Origin: Thermodesulfobacteriota bacterium
GTDB lineage: Bacteria; Desulfobacterota_D; UBA1144; Nemesobacterales; UBA2774
NCBI GenBank assembly: GCA_965216785.1
Contig: OZ244197.1
Coordinates: 960,001 to 1,024,000, forward strand
Length of the DNA stretch: 64,000 nt
Direction: 5' to 3'
Every line of letters begins with the position of its first letter. The first letter of the stretch is position 1. Positions 49,100 to 62,175 of this stretch are shown one piece after another. The position numbers were made by a program, and so were the translations under genes. The notes under the pieces are model-generated. The model saw nothing but the letters and a program-made list of their open reading frames with translations. It was not told the DNA's origin and did not search any database.

Positions 49100-50482
49100 T
49101 TACCATCCCTCTGATTCTTTTTTCGCTTTCTCTATCATAGAAAGTACGTTTTCTCTTGCGGTGCCCCCGTAGGACTTTCTACTTTCAATTGAGCCGTCAA
49201 GGGTAATATACTCAAACAGATCATCACCGAACTCCTTTGAGAACATCTGGTATTCCGATATATGAAGGTTCAAAAGCTCTCTACCTTTTTCTTCCGCATA
49301 GCTTACTATCTTGCCAGTGATTTCATGGGACTGCCTGAAAGGCACTCCCTTGCGTGCCAGATAGTCCGCGACATCGGTTGCTGTGATGAACCCGTCGTCG
49401 AGCGCCTGTTTCATGTTGCCGTGCTTAAACTCAATATTGCCCATCATCTCAAGAAGTACTTCCAGAGAAGCCTTTACTGTGTCAACTGTGTCAAACATCG
49501 GCTCTTTATCTTCCTGCATATCACGGTTGTAGGAGAACGGAAGTCCTTTCATTATGGTGAGTATGGCCGTGAGATTGCCGTAGACGCGTCCCGTTTTGCC
49601 CCTGATTAGCTCTGCCATATCGGGGTTTCTCTTCTGCGGCATTATGCTCGAGCCCGTAGTGAACTCATCTCCCAGGTCAGCGAAATCAAACTCTTTAGTG
49701 CTCCACAATACCAGCTCTTCTGATATCCTGCTCATGTGGTTCATAAGGGTTGCGGATACGGAGATGAATTCTATTATAAAGTCCCTGTCACTTACGGTAT
49801 CAAGGCTGTTCTGGGAGATCTTTGGAAACTCAAGGGTGCGCGCTACGTGCTCTCTATCTATCGGGAAAGTCGTACCCGCGCCCGCGCCCGCGCCAAGCGG
49901 CATCACGTTTACCCTGTCCAAACAGTCCAGATACCTTTCTCTATCTCTCTTGAGCATCTCATATAGCGCCAAGAGGTGATGTGAGAGTAGTATGGGCTGG
50001 CCCCTTTGAAGATGGGTGTAAAGGGGTATTACAGCGTCGATATTTTCCTCGGCCTGATAGACCAAACACTCGGAAAGCGCTTTTAAAAGGGCGAGTATCT
50101 CGTTTATCTCGCCTCGCAGATAAAGGCGCATGTCTAGCGCAACCTGGTCGTTTCTGCTTCGTGCGGTGTGGATTTTCCCACCTACGTCGCCGATTTTTTC
50201 TATAAGACGCTTTTCAATATTAAGGTGAATATCCTCAAACTCTTCCTTAAACGGGAATTTGCCCGCCTCTATCTCTTTTTGTATAGCTATGAGACCTTTT
50301 ATGATCTTATTGGCCTCTTTTTGACTGATGATCTCAGTCTCTGCCAGCATCTGGGCATGAGCTATGCTCCCCTCGATGTCTTCTCTGTACAGCCTTTTAT
50401 CAAAGTCTATTGAGGCTGAAAAGCCTTCCGCTACTTTATGAGTGCCTTTTTTGAAACGTCCTGCCCAAGGTTTCTTAATCAA
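49100..50482 (-). CDS. argH: Argininosuccinate lyase
   Basis: PWAGRF, HTARSRNDQ, THLQ, GSSIMPQKRNPD, YNRDMQEDK. Confidence 0.97.
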   Translation of the reverse strand: MIKKPWAGRFKKGTHKVAEGFSASIDFDKRLYREDIEGSIAHAQMLAETEIISQKEANKIIKGLIAIQKEIEAGKFPFKEEFEDIHLNIEKRLIEKIGDVGGKIHTARSRNDQVALDMRLYLRGEINEILALLKALSECLVYQAEENIDAVIPLYTHLQRGQPILLSHHLLALYEMLKRDRERYLDCLDRVNVMPLGAGAGAGTTFPIDREHVARTLEFPKISQNSLDTVSDRDFIIEFISVSATLMNHMSRISEELVLWSTKEFDFADLGDEFTTGSSIMPQKRNPDMAELIRGKTGRVYGNLTAILTIMKGLPFSYNRDMQEDKEPMFDTVDTVKASLEVLLEMMGNIEFKHGNMKQALDDGFITATDVADYLARKGVPFRQSHEITGKIVSYAEEKGRELLNLHISEYQMFSKEFGDDLFEYITLDGSIESRKSYGGTARENVLSMIEKAKKESEGW

Positions 50483-50643
50483 TAGCTTTCTCCCGGTCTC
50501 TGCTGAATATCACAATATATTACCAAGAATTTCCCGATCATCTAATCGTAATGCTTAGAACTGTATCATTTTTGAGAGCTTTGTGCACACTCGTTCACAT
50601 AGATAATTGTCCCCTGGGTAAAAGGAAAAGCTTAAGTCCGGTA

Positions 50644-51105
50644 TTAAAGAGATTTAAGTGACGATAGTGCTTCTTCTACATGTTTTCGGTAGTTTAGCTG
50701 TGAGGAGAAGATACGCCGCACTGTGCCGTCTTTATCAATCACGTATGTTACTCTGCCCGGGAACAGCCCGAGCGTTTTGGGAACGCCGTATAGTTTTCTG
50801 ACTCTACCACCGGGGTCGCTAAGGAGGGTAAAGGGCAGGCCGTAGTCCTCCGAAAACTGTTTGTGAGACTCTACGGTGTCAGAGCTAATCCCAAATACTG
50901 TAGCGCCCTGAATATTCCTGAATTCATCAAAACTATCCCTGAAAGCGCAGGCCTCTTTTGTGCAAACTGTAGTATTATCTTTTGGATAGAAGTAAAGCAC
51001 AACCGGGCTCTTGCCTATAAGTCCTGAAAGATAGATCGTTTCGTCGTCTTGAGACTGTAGACTGAAAAGCGGAGCCTTGTCACCTACTTTTATACGGTTT
51101 GACAT
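50644..51105 (-). CDS. bcp: Peroxiredoxin (BCP/PrxQ)
   Basis: YFYPKDNTTVCTKEACAFRD. Confidence 0.9.
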   Translation of the reverse strand: MSNRIKVGDKAPLFSLQSQDDETIYLSGLIGKSPVVLYFYPKDNTTVCTKEACAFRDSFDEFRNIQGATVFGISSDTVESHKQFSEDYGLPFTLLSDPGGRVRKLYGVPKTLGLFPGRVTYVIDKDGTVRRIFSSQLNYRKHVEEALSSLKSL

Positions 51106-51252
51106 TTGAGCCTCGCGTCCTTTCGTAAGGGATTTAAATACAGGGCTGCGGTAGTCATACTATGATTGTTAGTATAGAGTTTGCTATTAAAACCGCAATC
51201 GTTTTGGTGCACAGTGATTACTAGTAACTCGATTAAGAGAGAGGTGAAAACA

Positions 51253-51759
51253 ATGGAAGTATTTGAGTGCGTGAGCACGTTAAGCTCGATTAGAAATTAC
51301 ATCCAGAAAGAGGTGCCCGAGAATGTAATAATGGAAGTGCTAGAGGCCGGAAGGCTCGCTCCGAGCGCTCATAACGATCAGCCTTGGGATTTTGTTCTGA
51401 TACGCGATAAATCCGTGCTTAAGGGTATGGAAAGATTTTGTTTGAGCGGCAAGTTTATATCACAGGTTAGCTTCGCTGTCGTAGTCGTAACTGATCCTTC
51501 CTCCAAATGGCACGAGATAGACAGTACGCGGGCCGTGCAGAATATGGTGCTCACTGCGTGGGCAAAGAAGCTCGGATCATGCTGGATCGGGAGGCTCGAC
51601 AGGGAGGGGCTCATGAATTATCTTGGAATTCCATCTCACATGAATGTGCTAACTGTGCTTCCTTTCGGGTATTTTGACGAACACCTCGGGGGAGGCGGAA
51701 AATTCAGGAAGAGTCCCGAAGAGGTGTTTCATCTAAACAGGTTCGGACAAAGGATTTAA
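51253..51759 (+). CDS. Nitroreductase family protein
   Basis: SIRNY, APSAHNDQPW, LGSCWIG; GAGG RBS before ATG 51253. Confidence 0.9.
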   Translation: MEVFECVSTLSSIRNYIQKEVPENVIMEVLEAGRLAPSAHNDQPWDFVLIRDKSVLKGMERFCLSGKFISQVSFAVVVVTDPSSKWHEIDSTRAVQNMVLTAWAKKLGSCWIGRLDREGLMNYLGIPSHMNVLTVLPFGYFDEHLGGGGKFRKSPEEVFHLNRFGQRI

Positions 51760-51902
51760 GTCCTGCCGCATCCTAGGTTATAAACGTCAATGACAGCGCT
51801 AGCTCCACAACATCCTTATTTTCAACGCCGGGGGTGTTTTGTGCTAGATAGTGATTATTATATCTATTGAATGGTTTTAAGCTTTTATTATAGGTATGAG
51901 AA

Positions 51903-52793
51903 ATGGATCAGATAATAGAACAGATTATTGATTTCCTGACAAAAATTACGGACTCGGTAGTGATCGATGTGGTCTCGACGGTGCTGCTACTTCTGGGAGT
52001 AATAGTGCTCAAGGCGCTGTTGATCCGAGTTTTTTCGTCCGAATCACGCCTTCCCTTTGAGAAGAGGAAGAGAAGGGCGATACACATCCGGAACCTGATG
52101 ATATTCATATTTATAACCGGTGTGATTTTCATCTGGTCAAAAGAGCTTCACGCTTTAGCGCTTTCTTTAGTCGCTTTGGCGTTTGCCATAGTCATAGCTT
52201 TTAAAGAGGTGATATCAAGCGCAAACTGGGAGATATTCAGAGCCGCGACAGACGCTTACTCGGTTGGTGACTATATAGAGATAAACGGCATGAGGGGCGT
52301 CGTGCTCGACCATAACTTTTTATCGACGACCATACAGGAATTGGGGCCGGGTAAGAGGTCAAACCAATTCTCGGGCCGCTCGATAACGATTCCAAATAAT
52401 ATATTTCTGACGGCTCCTTTGATTAATGAGTCCTACATGAAGGATTACGTTCTCCATACTCTTACAATACCGATGTCGGTTGATGATGATATAGAAAGGG
52501 CGGAGGAAATATTGCTCAACGCCGCGAATGAAGAATGTGAAGGGTATCTGGATAGCGCAAGGAGGCATTTCGACTCCCTCCGCTACAAGCTTAACATCGG
52601 TCTTTCCTCAGTCGAGCCGCGCGTGACGATCGAGATGTATGAGCCTGGCAGAGTAAACCTTATACTCCGGTTCCCGACGCCTTTTGCAAAAAAGTGGGTA
52701 CGTGAACAGCACATTTTAAAACGCTTCCTGCGCGATTTTAAGTCAAATGGGAGTTCGGGATCGGTAGATACTCCTCATAATCATTCAGATTAA
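51903..52793 (+). CDS. Small-conductance mechanosensitive channel (MscS family)
   Basis: Three N-terminal TMs, YSVGDYIEI, G-V, TIPNN. Confidence 0.87.
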   Translation: MDQIIEQIIDFLTKITDSVVIDVVSTVLLLLGVIVLKALLIRVFSSESRLPFEKRKRRAIHIRNLMIFIFITGVIFIWSKELHALALSLVALAFAIVIAFKEVISSANWEIFRAATDAYSVGDYIEINGMRGVVLDHNFLSTTIQELGPGKRSNQFSGRSITIPNNIFLTAPLINESYMKDYVLHTLTIPMSVDDDIERAEEILLNAANEECEGYLDSARRHFDSLRYKLNIGLSSVEPRVTIEMYEPGRVNLILRFPTPFAKKWVREQHILKRFLRDFKSNGSSGSVDTPHNHSD

Positions 52794-52850
52794 TAAAGCG
52801 GAGCGAAAATGTGCTTTTATGGAAGAGTCGGCGCCGGTCAAGAGCTTGAT

Positions 52851-53747
52851 TTAATCTTCTTTATAATCTAAGAGCTTGTACTGAGGAACAGTCGAGGGTC
52901 CGTCGCCGCAGCTTTTAATTGTTTTTACAGCTTTTTTATCCTGGCCGATTTTAACTCTATGGGGTTTTTTATCTGGTTTTGAGAGAAATTTTACGCTGAA
53001 TTTCCTATCGCTTTTTTTGGAGTTTTTGAAAACGAGCTCAGATATTCCCGCGATACCTGTTTCTTTCCTCAGATAATATTCTGCAGCTTGAACTTCGCCC
53101 CTGTGGCACGAGCGGCCACGGAAGCTCTGAATGTTTACTTCTCCCTCCTCGTACTGCTCCATAAGTTCCTCCGCTGTCCTACCATCCATTACCCTTCCGT
53201 ATACCAATCCGTGCGGCAGGCATACGAAAGTGGACGCGAACCTATGCCCTCCTATGTGGTTCGCCTCCCAGGTCTGAGGTCCGTATTTTCCTTTGGAAAC
53301 GTCAAGGTAGACGGGCATGCCGATCTTCCCGCAGCACGTGTCGTACTCGCCGTTTGTGCAAATGATAAATATTTTCTCTTTTGAAATATATTTCTTGGAT
53401 TTCAGAATTTTTTTAATGTTAAGCGACTGCAGCTCTTCGTAGCCGCTGAATTTAAACTCGTACAATCTGGGATCGGTTTCATCCGAAACCGCGATATATA
53501 ATTTTAGCTGCTCGTCCGTATTCTTATGTTTTTTTATGAGCTGAAGCCGCGCGCCGGACACCTTTTTCAGCTCTTTATTTAAATGGGATTTTACGGCCTT
53601 TGGTATTTTGCTGTCTTTGTACGCCTTTCCCGACCAATGCCCTCTGTATTCGAGTAAAATCCATACATCTGCCTGCGGCGCAGTTCCGTGCATTTTCTCT
53701 TTTGATTCAAGAGAGCTTAAGTAGCATAGTGTCTTCGAGGCGCTCAT
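52851..53747 (-). CDS. Sucrase/ferredoxin-like protein
   Basis: CTNGEYDTCC, HIGGHRFA, YGRV. Confidence 0.87.
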   Translation of the reverse strand: MSASKTLCYLSSLESKEKMHGTAPQADVWILLEYRGHWSGKAYKDSKIPKAVKSHLNKELKKVSGARLQLIKKHKNTDEQLKLYIAVSDETDPRLYEFKFSGYEELQSLNIKKILKSKKYISKEKIFIICTNGEYDTCCGKIGMPVYLDVSKGKYGPQTWEANHIGGHRFASTFVCLPHGLVYGRVMDGRTAEELMEQYEEGEVNIQSFRGRSCHRGEVQAAEYYLRKETGIAGISELVFKNSKKSDRKFSVKFLSKPDKKPHRVKIGQDKKAVKTIKSCGDGPSTVPQYKLLDYKED

Positions 53748-53860
53748 TTTATGTAACCTTGTCTTCTTTAAGTATGTTAAATCTTGTGCGTTTTAGAAAT
53801 TACCGCAGAACATGATATTTTACAGCAAAGGAAATAATTGCAAGACTAAAGGAAAATATA

Positions 53861-54814
53861 ATGGATAAGTATGTGATTGGGCTGGACATTGGCGGGACGA
53901 ATATGAGAGGGGCGTTGATTGACGGGGACGAGGAGCAGGTCGATGAGCTGAAGATTCCCTCGGAGGCGAGTCGGGGTATCGAGAAGCTTATAGGTAATCT
54001 GGTGGAGTTTATCGACAAGATACGCCGAGGCAGGGAAATCTACGGTGTCGGTATCGGGATTCCCGGAATAATAGACTCGACGACAGGGGTGATAACGGCG
54101 GCGCCCAATATTAAAAATGTCCACAACTACCCGATCAGAGACGTGCTGAGAGAAAAGCTTGGTGGGAACATCAGGCTTGTTGTAGAAAACGACGCCAATA
54201 TGGTGGGGCTTGGGGAGTGGCGAAAAGGTGCGGGTAAAGATGTGGATTCTATGATTATGATGACTATAGGCACCGGTCTGGGAGGCGGACTGATACTGGG
54301 CGGTGAGCTGTGGAGCGGGGCCCACGGCATGGGGGGCGAGATCGGGCATATGACCATTAACCCACAGGGGCCGAGGTGTAACTGTGGAAATTACGGGTGT
54401 TTAGAGTCTTATGCTTCGGCTGTAGCCATAAGACGAATGGTGTCTGAGGCGATTTCGGACGGGAGTATAACGAATGCTCTTAGAGAAAGGATTAAGGACA
54501 AAGGCCCGGGAGAGATACCCGAGCTCGTTATGGAGACCGCGCTCAGTGGTGATGAGACGGCGCTAGGCATATGGCACGAGGTTGGTAAAGCGCTTGGAAT
54601 CGCGGTTGCTTCCCTGCAAAACCTGCTCGATGTGGATATGGTGGTACTGGGCGGGGGCATCGCGAACGCCTGGGATTTATTCATAGACACAGTGAGAGAA
54701 GAGGCGGACATGCGGGGATTCGATGCGCCTATGGGAAAGCTCAGAATAGAAAGGAGCGTCCTCGGTGACGACGCCGGTATATTAGGGGCCGGATATTTGG
54801 CTCTACAAAGCTAA
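53861..54814 (+). CDS. glk: ROK family glucokinase
   Basis: DIGGTN, ENDAN, GTGLGGG, GEIGH, CNCGNYGCLE. Confidence 0.88.
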   Translation: MDKYVIGLDIGGTNMRGALIDGDEEQVDELKIPSEASRGIEKLIGNLVEFIDKIRRGREIYGVGIGIPGIIDSTTGVITAAPNIKNVHNYPIRDVLREKLGGNIRLVVENDANMVGLGEWRKGAGKDVDSMIMMTIGTGLGGGLILGGELWSGAHGMGGEIGHMTINPQGPRCNCGNYGCLESYASAVAIRRMVSEAISDGSITNALRERIKDKGPGEIPELVMETALSGDETALGIWHEVGKALGIAVASLQNLLDVDMVVLGGGIANAWDLFIDTVREEADMRGFDAPMGKLRIERSVLGDDAGILGAGYLALQS

Positions 54815-54832
54815 GATCGGAATTGGGGGCTC

Positions 54833-56209
54833 TTAGAAAGGGTCATTCATAACGAGCTTGAATCTAAGTGTATCTTCGTCCTTTTTATTTACTTTAGCCC
54901 GCTCGTCGATCCTCATGCCCCCGATCCAGAAGATTTCTCCCTGGCTGATAAATATGGGCACTCTGCCTCTAAGGAATCTCGGCAGTTTTACGTCTGTAAA
55001 GTAGTCCTGCACCTTTTTAAACTTTTTCATACCCAGAGGCATAAACCTGTCTCCGGGCTTAAAGCTTCTTACTTCGACAGGGAACCTGATTGCGTCTGAA
55101 GAGAAGTACACAATATTTTCATCCCCGCTATCCAGTTCCGCAGAGCCTGCAGGCTCAATCTCAACATCAAACTCAGGGAAAGCGGATTTTCCCGGGGTTT
55201 CGATCACGTACGAAAACTCATTAGATAAAAGGGATTTTTCCGTTACCAGGAATTTGTCGTAGCTCTTTGCTATGACAGCCCCTCCGGGGAATTCTGCCTC
55301 GCCGGATGCTGAATCTGAAAGTAAGAAATCATCCGCCGCCGTAACATGTGTGTAAGAAACGGCGTTTAAGCTCTCGCTCACACGCTCAATTGATAATCTG
55401 AGACAAGAAAGCCTGAGCGATCTCGGGCTGTTTTTGAATGCGTCCAGACTACCAAGGAATTCTCCTTTACTGTTTTCATCGAAAATTTCATTATAAAGCT
55501 TCTCCACTTCCTCACTTATGTACTCCTCATAGGAGCGTAGTATATCTGCTGTTCTTGTAAGCGTATCCGTTAGCTGAGGGTTATACTCCGTTAGCACGGG
55601 GATCAGCTCTCGTCTCACCCTGTTTCTCAGAAACTCTAAAGAGGCGTTTGTGGAGTCCTCCACCCACCCTACGCCTTTTGATTTGAGGTACTCTTCGATT
55701 TCGCTCCGGCTGCAGAAAAGAAGCGGTCTTATCAAATAGCCTCTTGAGACAGGCGGGATTCCCGAAAGTCCCCTAAGCCCGCTTCCCCTGAGTAGTCTCA
55801 TGAGCACAGTCTCCGCCTGATCGTCCTTTGTATGAGCGGTCGCAACTTTGGATGCGCCCAGCTTTTCCCGCACTTCGTCAAAAAACTCATACCTGAGCTC
55901 ACGCGCCGCGTCTTCGAGCGAGAGTCTCTTCTCTTCTTTATAGGCTAACGTATCGACTTTTTTGTGCTCGAATCTTATTCCAAGGTCGGCGGCGGCTTGT
56001 TCAACGAACTCTGAGTCCCTTTGTGCCTCATCCGCCCTGATGCCGTGATTCAGATGCGCTGCGGTAATTTCAAGGTTTAGCTCTTTAAGCTCGCTTAATA
56101 TATGAAGAAGCGCGATGGAATCCGCCCCTCCGGATACGCCTACTACCACTTTTTCTCCGGCGGTGAGCATATTATATTGCTCAATTGTTTTTAGTACCCT
56201 TTCCACCAT
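54833..56209 (-). CDS. tilS: tRNA(Ile)-lysidine synthetase
   Basis: SGGADS, HLNHGIR, AHTKDDQAET, RNRVR; start ATG 56209 or 56215. Confidence 0.96.
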   Translation of the reverse strand: MVERVLKTIEQYNMLTAGEKVVVGVSGGADSIALLHILSELKELNLEITAAHLNHGIRADEAQRDSEFVEQAAADLGIRFEHKKVDTLAYKEEKRLSLEDAARELRYEFFDEVREKLGASKVATAHTKDDQAETVLMRLLRGSGLRGLSGIPPVSRGYLIRPLLFCSRSEIEEYLKSKGVGWVEDSTNASLEFLRNRVRRELIPVLTEYNPQLTDTLTRTADILRSYEEYISEEVEKLYNEIFDENSKGEFLGSLDAFKNSPRSLRLSCLRLSIERVSESLNAVSYTHVTAADDFLLSDSASGEAEFPGGAVIAKSYDKFLVTEKSLLSNEFSYVIETPGKSAFPEFDVEIEPAGSAELDSGDENIVYFSSDAIRFPVEVRSFKPGDRFMPLGMKKFKKVQDYFTDVKLPRFLRGRVPIFISQGEIFWIGGMRIDERAKVNKKDEDTLRFKLVMNDPF

Positions 56210-56849
56210 TATCAATCTGGCTTGCTGCGAGACCGGCGGACATTATGATCCTAAAAGCGTCCTCTACCGATATCGAAAGCTCCTTCACGTCTTCTTGCGG
56301 GATCATGATATAATACCCGCTGGTTGGGTTGGGTGTGGTGGGGACGAAAATGCTGACAAGCGTTTTATCCGTCTGGTTATGCTGCATTCCGGGCTCGAGC
56401 GTGCCCGTGATAAACCCGATCGAATAAATACCCTTTCTCGGGTATTCGAACAAAGCTACCCTCTTCAGGTTTTTCATGCCCGTTCCCATGAAAAGGGTTT
56501 CTATAATTTGCTTGATTGCTATGTATATGGTTCTCGCAAGCGGTATCTTTGTTATAAGTAGCTCACCGAAAGCGACCAATTTTCTACCCAGGAAATTCCT
56601 TGCAACCGCACCTACTATGAGAACGATAATAAGAGTGGCGAGCACGCCTATAATAAAAGTGATTGTCTGTGATACAAATGGATGGAGCTGGTCCAGCAAG
56701 CCGCCCGTGAATATTTGTGTTTTGGAATTGACAAACGCTATAATCCATTTGCCGATTGCGAATAGGATGAATAGAGTGAGTATGAAGGGTACTGTGACTA
56801 AAATACCCGTCAGTATGTTTTGCCTGAAGAAACTATAGATCTGTTTCAT
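56181..56849 (-). CDS. DUF502 membrane protein
   Basis: IPLARTIY, EYPRKG, FVPTTPNPTSG. Confidence 0.92.
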   Translation of the reverse strand: MKQIYSFFRQNILTGILVTVPFILTLFILFAIGKWIIAFVNSKTQIFTGGLLDQLHPFVSQTITFIIGVLATLIIVLIVGAVARNFLGRKLVAFGELLITKIPLARTIYIAIKQIIETLFMGTGMKNLKRVALFEYPRKGIYSIGFITGTLEPGMQHNQTDKTLVSIFVPTTPNPTSGYYIMIPQEDVKELSISVEDAFRIIMSAGLAASQIDNGGKGTKNN

Positions 56850-56852
56850 TCA

Positions 56853-57137
56853 TTAAGCGGTTTGCTTATCTATTGCGTCGCGGAGGAAACGGCTGGGTTT
56901 AAATACGACAGCCTTTCTCTCTGCGATTTCAATAGTATCGCCGGTAGCGGGATTTCTTCCCTTTCTTGCTTTTCGGTTCTGAACCCTGAAGCTTCCGAAC
57001 CTAGGGAGTTTTATCCCTTCTCCGCTGCTGAGTTTGTCTTTGGCTATATCAAAGAAGAATTCGACTATCTCTGCCGACTCCCTCTTTGAAAGCCCTATTT
57101 TAGTATGAATAACATCAGCCAGTTCTTTCTTTGTCAT
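56853..57137 (-). CDS. ihfA: Integration host factor alpha
   Basis: MTKKEL, FGSF, RKGRNPATG, FKPS; follows pheT. Confidence 0.88.
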   Translation of the reverse strand: MTKKELADVIHTKIGLSKRESAEIVEFFFDIAKDKLSSGEGIKLPRFGSFRVQNRKARKGRNPATGDTIEIAERKAVVFKPSRFLRDAIDKQTA

Positions 57138-57152
57138 TATCCTTACCTCTCC

Positions 57153-59564
57153 CTATATTGTACGCAATTGAGCTCCGAGAGCCAACTCGAGGTTTCGAAC
57201 TGTTTTTTCTTGCGCCTTGTTAATTTCTTCTTCAGTAAGTGTTTTATCAGCCGCTCTCATTTGAAGCGATACGGCAACACTCTTTTTTCCTTGCTCTACC
57301 GGGTCTCCCGTGAATACGTCGAACACCTGAGCGTCCTCTATCAAATTAGACCCTGATTTTTCAATTTCATCAAGTATTCCGCTGGCAGGAGTTTGCGCAT
57401 CCACAATAAGAGCTATGTCCCTTCTTACCGATGGGAACTTCGGAAGCGTGGTAAATGTCGTCCTATGAGCTTCAGATACAGACGAGATGATGTCCAGATC
57501 TATCTCGAATACATAGAGCCTCTTAGAAATATCAAGCTTGTCACGAAGATCAGGGTGTATTTCCCCAATATAGCCCGCGCCCTTACCGTCAATTTCAATC
57601 GCCGCGGATTTTCCGGGGTGTAAGAACCCGTAGCTGTGATTGCTTTCAAACTTAATATTATTGTTTGCCAATAGGGATTCAAAAGCGTTTTCGAGTACAG
57701 ATTTAAGGTCGAAGAAATCAACCTCTTCTTTTTCCCAATACTCTGCGCCCCTTCTTCCCGCAGCCACAGCCGCGATTTTATTTACCTCTTTCGGAAGGTT
57801 GTTCTCGTCTTGGGGATAGTAGGACTTACCGATTTCGAACAATTTAATATCCTGAGCCTGGTGGTTCAGGTTTAATACGGCGTTTCTGATAAGCCCGGGC
57901 ATAAGGCTTGTTCTCATCGCCGAGCTTTCTGTCGTAAGCGGGTTTAATATGCTGAGCGTATCGTGTTTTTCGAACAGTGTAAGAACTTCGGGGTCATCAA
58001 AGCTGTAATTTATAACCTCATAATAACCTCTGGAAGTAAGTATGCTCTTAAATCTTTGCTTTACTTTGTCACCCGAATTCTTGGTTTCGGTTTTCATAGT
58101 AACAGACGGGAGTGTCGTGGGAATGTTGTTATAACCATGCAGCCTGGCTATCTCTTCGATTAAATCTATCTCTCTTGTAATATCGACCCTGTACGTAGGC
58201 ACCAAAAAGTGCATTTCGCCCTCTTTAGTCTCAATGTGCTCGATTCCAAGCTCTTTCAATAGCCGTGTTATATCTTTTTCATCTAAAACGGAGCCCAGCA
58301 TTTTATTGGCTCTCTCAATTGAGAGTTTTGCTTTTTCGGGCTCTATCGGATTTGGGTATTCGTCTATTCTTCCCCCGGATACCTCGCCCCCTGCGAGCTC
58401 TCTTATTAACTCAGAGGCTCTGTCTAAAGCGTTTATTATGCCGTTTGGATCGACTCCCCGCTCGAAACGGTAAGAGGATTCAGATCTTAGCCCGGTTGAT
58501 TTTGATGTTTTTCTCACGGTCACGGGGTCAAAGTAGGCGCTCTCGAGCAGTATATCTGTTGTTCCCTCAGATACCTCAGTCGTAGCTCCTCCCATAACGC
58601 CCGCGAGCGCAATTGGTTTTTCGGCATCGCAAATCAAAAGGTCTTCTTCAGTTAATTTTCTCTCAACACCGTCCAGTGTCTCAATAGTCTCGCCTTGCGC
58701 CGCAGCTCTTACAATGATTTTATGATCTGAAAGTAAATTATAATCAAACGCATGAAGAGGCTGTCCAAGCTCCAATAGAACATAGTTCGTAACGTCAACG
58801 ACGTTATTTATGGACCTGATGTCTGAGGATTCGAGTCTCGTTTTCAGCCACTGGGGCGAGGGGGCAATCTTAACGCCCTTAATTACCCTGCATGAGTATC
58901 TGGGGCATTTCTCTGAATCCAGAAGTTCTACTTTCGCAAGCCCTGTTATTTTGTCCCCAGATTCCTGAACACTTAAGTCCGGATACTTTACAGTAGTGCC
59001 TGAAAGAGCGGCTACTTCTCTTGCTACACCTGTAAGGCTAAGGCAGTCGGGCCTGTTGGGTGTGATGCCTATCTCGAAAACGACGTCGTCGAGCGCAAGC
59101 TCCTCAATTATGCTAGAACCGACTTTAGTTGCTTGGGGCAGAATTAAAATACCTTCTGACTCCTGGCCGATTCCTATTTCGTTCTCAGCGCAGAGCATGC
59201 CTTCGGAGACTTCACCCCTGATCTTGGCTTTTTTTATCTTTAATCCCTCCGGGAATTTGGGTCCCGGGGGCAGGTGGGCGCCGATTTTCGCAAGCGCAAC
59301 CTTATCGCCCGCTTTCATGTTCGTCGCGCCGCATACAATCTTGTAATTTGTTTCGCCGTCTGTAACATCGCAGAGAGTAAGCTTGTCAGCGCCCGGATGA
59401 GGTTTTGTTTCCAGTATTTCGGCCGTTACCACATCGTCCAGGCCTTTTCCCTGATACTCTACCGCTTCCACTTCAAGTCCTCCCATTGTAAGACTATGGG
59501 CAAGCTCCTCCGGGGACATATCGAAATCTACGTATTCTTTAAGCCAGCTTAGTGTGAATATCAT
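57153..59564 (-). CDS. pheT: Phenylalanine-tRNA ligase beta subunit
   Basis: HPGADKL, TPNRPDCLS, GQPLHAFD, RFERGVD, DLIEEIAR, FPSVRRDIA. Confidence 0.98.
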   Translation of the reverse strand: MIFTLSWLKEYVDFDMSPEELAHSLTMGGLEVEAVEYQGKGLDDVVTAEILETKPHPGADKLTLCDVTDGETNYKIVCGATNMKAGDKVALAKIGAHLPPGPKFPEGLKIKKAKIRGEVSEGMLCAENEIGIGQESEGILILPQATKVGSSIIEELALDDVVFEIGITPNRPDCLSLTGVAREVAALSGTTVKYPDLSVQESGDKITGLAKVELLDSEKCPRYSCRVIKGVKIAPSPQWLKTRLESSDIRSINNVVDVTNYVLLELGQPLHAFDYNLLSDHKIIVRAAAQGETIETLDGVERKLTEEDLLICDAEKPIALAGVMGGATTEVSEGTTDILLESAYFDPVTVRKTSKSTGLRSESSYRFERGVDPNGIINALDRASELIRELAGGEVSGGRIDEYPNPIEPEKAKLSIERANKMLGSVLDEKDITRLLKELGIEHIETKEGEMHFLVPTYRVDITREIDLIEEIARLHGYNNIPTTLPSVTMKTETKNSGDKVKQRFKSILTSRGYYEVINYSFDDPEVLTLFEKHDTLSILNPLTTESSAMRTSLMPGLIRNAVLNLNHQAQDIKLFEIGKSYYPQDENNLPKEVNKIAAVAAGRRGAEYWEKEEVDFFDLKSVLENAFESLLANNNIKFESNHSYGFLHPGKSAAIEIDGKGAGYIGEIHPDLRDKLDISKRLYVFEIDLDIISSVSEAHRTTFTTLPKFPSVRRDIALIVDAQTPASGILDEIEKSGSNLIEDAQVFDVFTGDPVEQGKKSVAVSLQMRAADKTLTEEEINKAQEKTVRNLELALGAQLRTI

Positions 59565-59677
59565 GGTTACTCCCGACGTAAAAGTTAATACTTACATATT
59601 CTTAGGTTAGGGTCAATACTGTTTTTGTTCATATAGTGTGCGTTATAAAATCCTCGACTCTATATAACGCGAATTAT

Positions 59678-59722
59678 AAAAAATGCGGTGAAGCCGGTAT
59701 TTTACCAGACATCACCGCATTT
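59678..59722 (-). terminator. Probable terminator of katG
   Basis: AAATGCGGTGA...TCACCGCATTT with a T-run on the minus strand. Confidence 0.7.
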
Positions 59723-59779
59723 GTATTTAATTTGTATTTTTCTTGCCGGAATAAACTACTGCTTGCTGCATTTTTCGAG

Positions 59780-62032
<2,253 letters not shown>

Positions 62033-62068
62033 TTATTTTCGCTTGTCTATATTATTTCAAAATTGTGT

Positions 62069-62116
62069 ATAGTTGTCCAATATTGAGTTACTATATATAT
62101 TATAGGTAACACCTAT
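62069..62116. promoter_or_regulatory. OxyR operator between divergent katG and oxyR
   Basis: ATAG-N7-ATAT-N7-CTAT-N7-ATAG-N7-CTAT, an 11-bp periodic OxyR-type array. Confidence 0.8.
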
Positions 62117-62175
62117 GGGTAATGGTTCACTTTATCTACTAGTAAACACGCGTGAGAGGCCGTACATATAACACT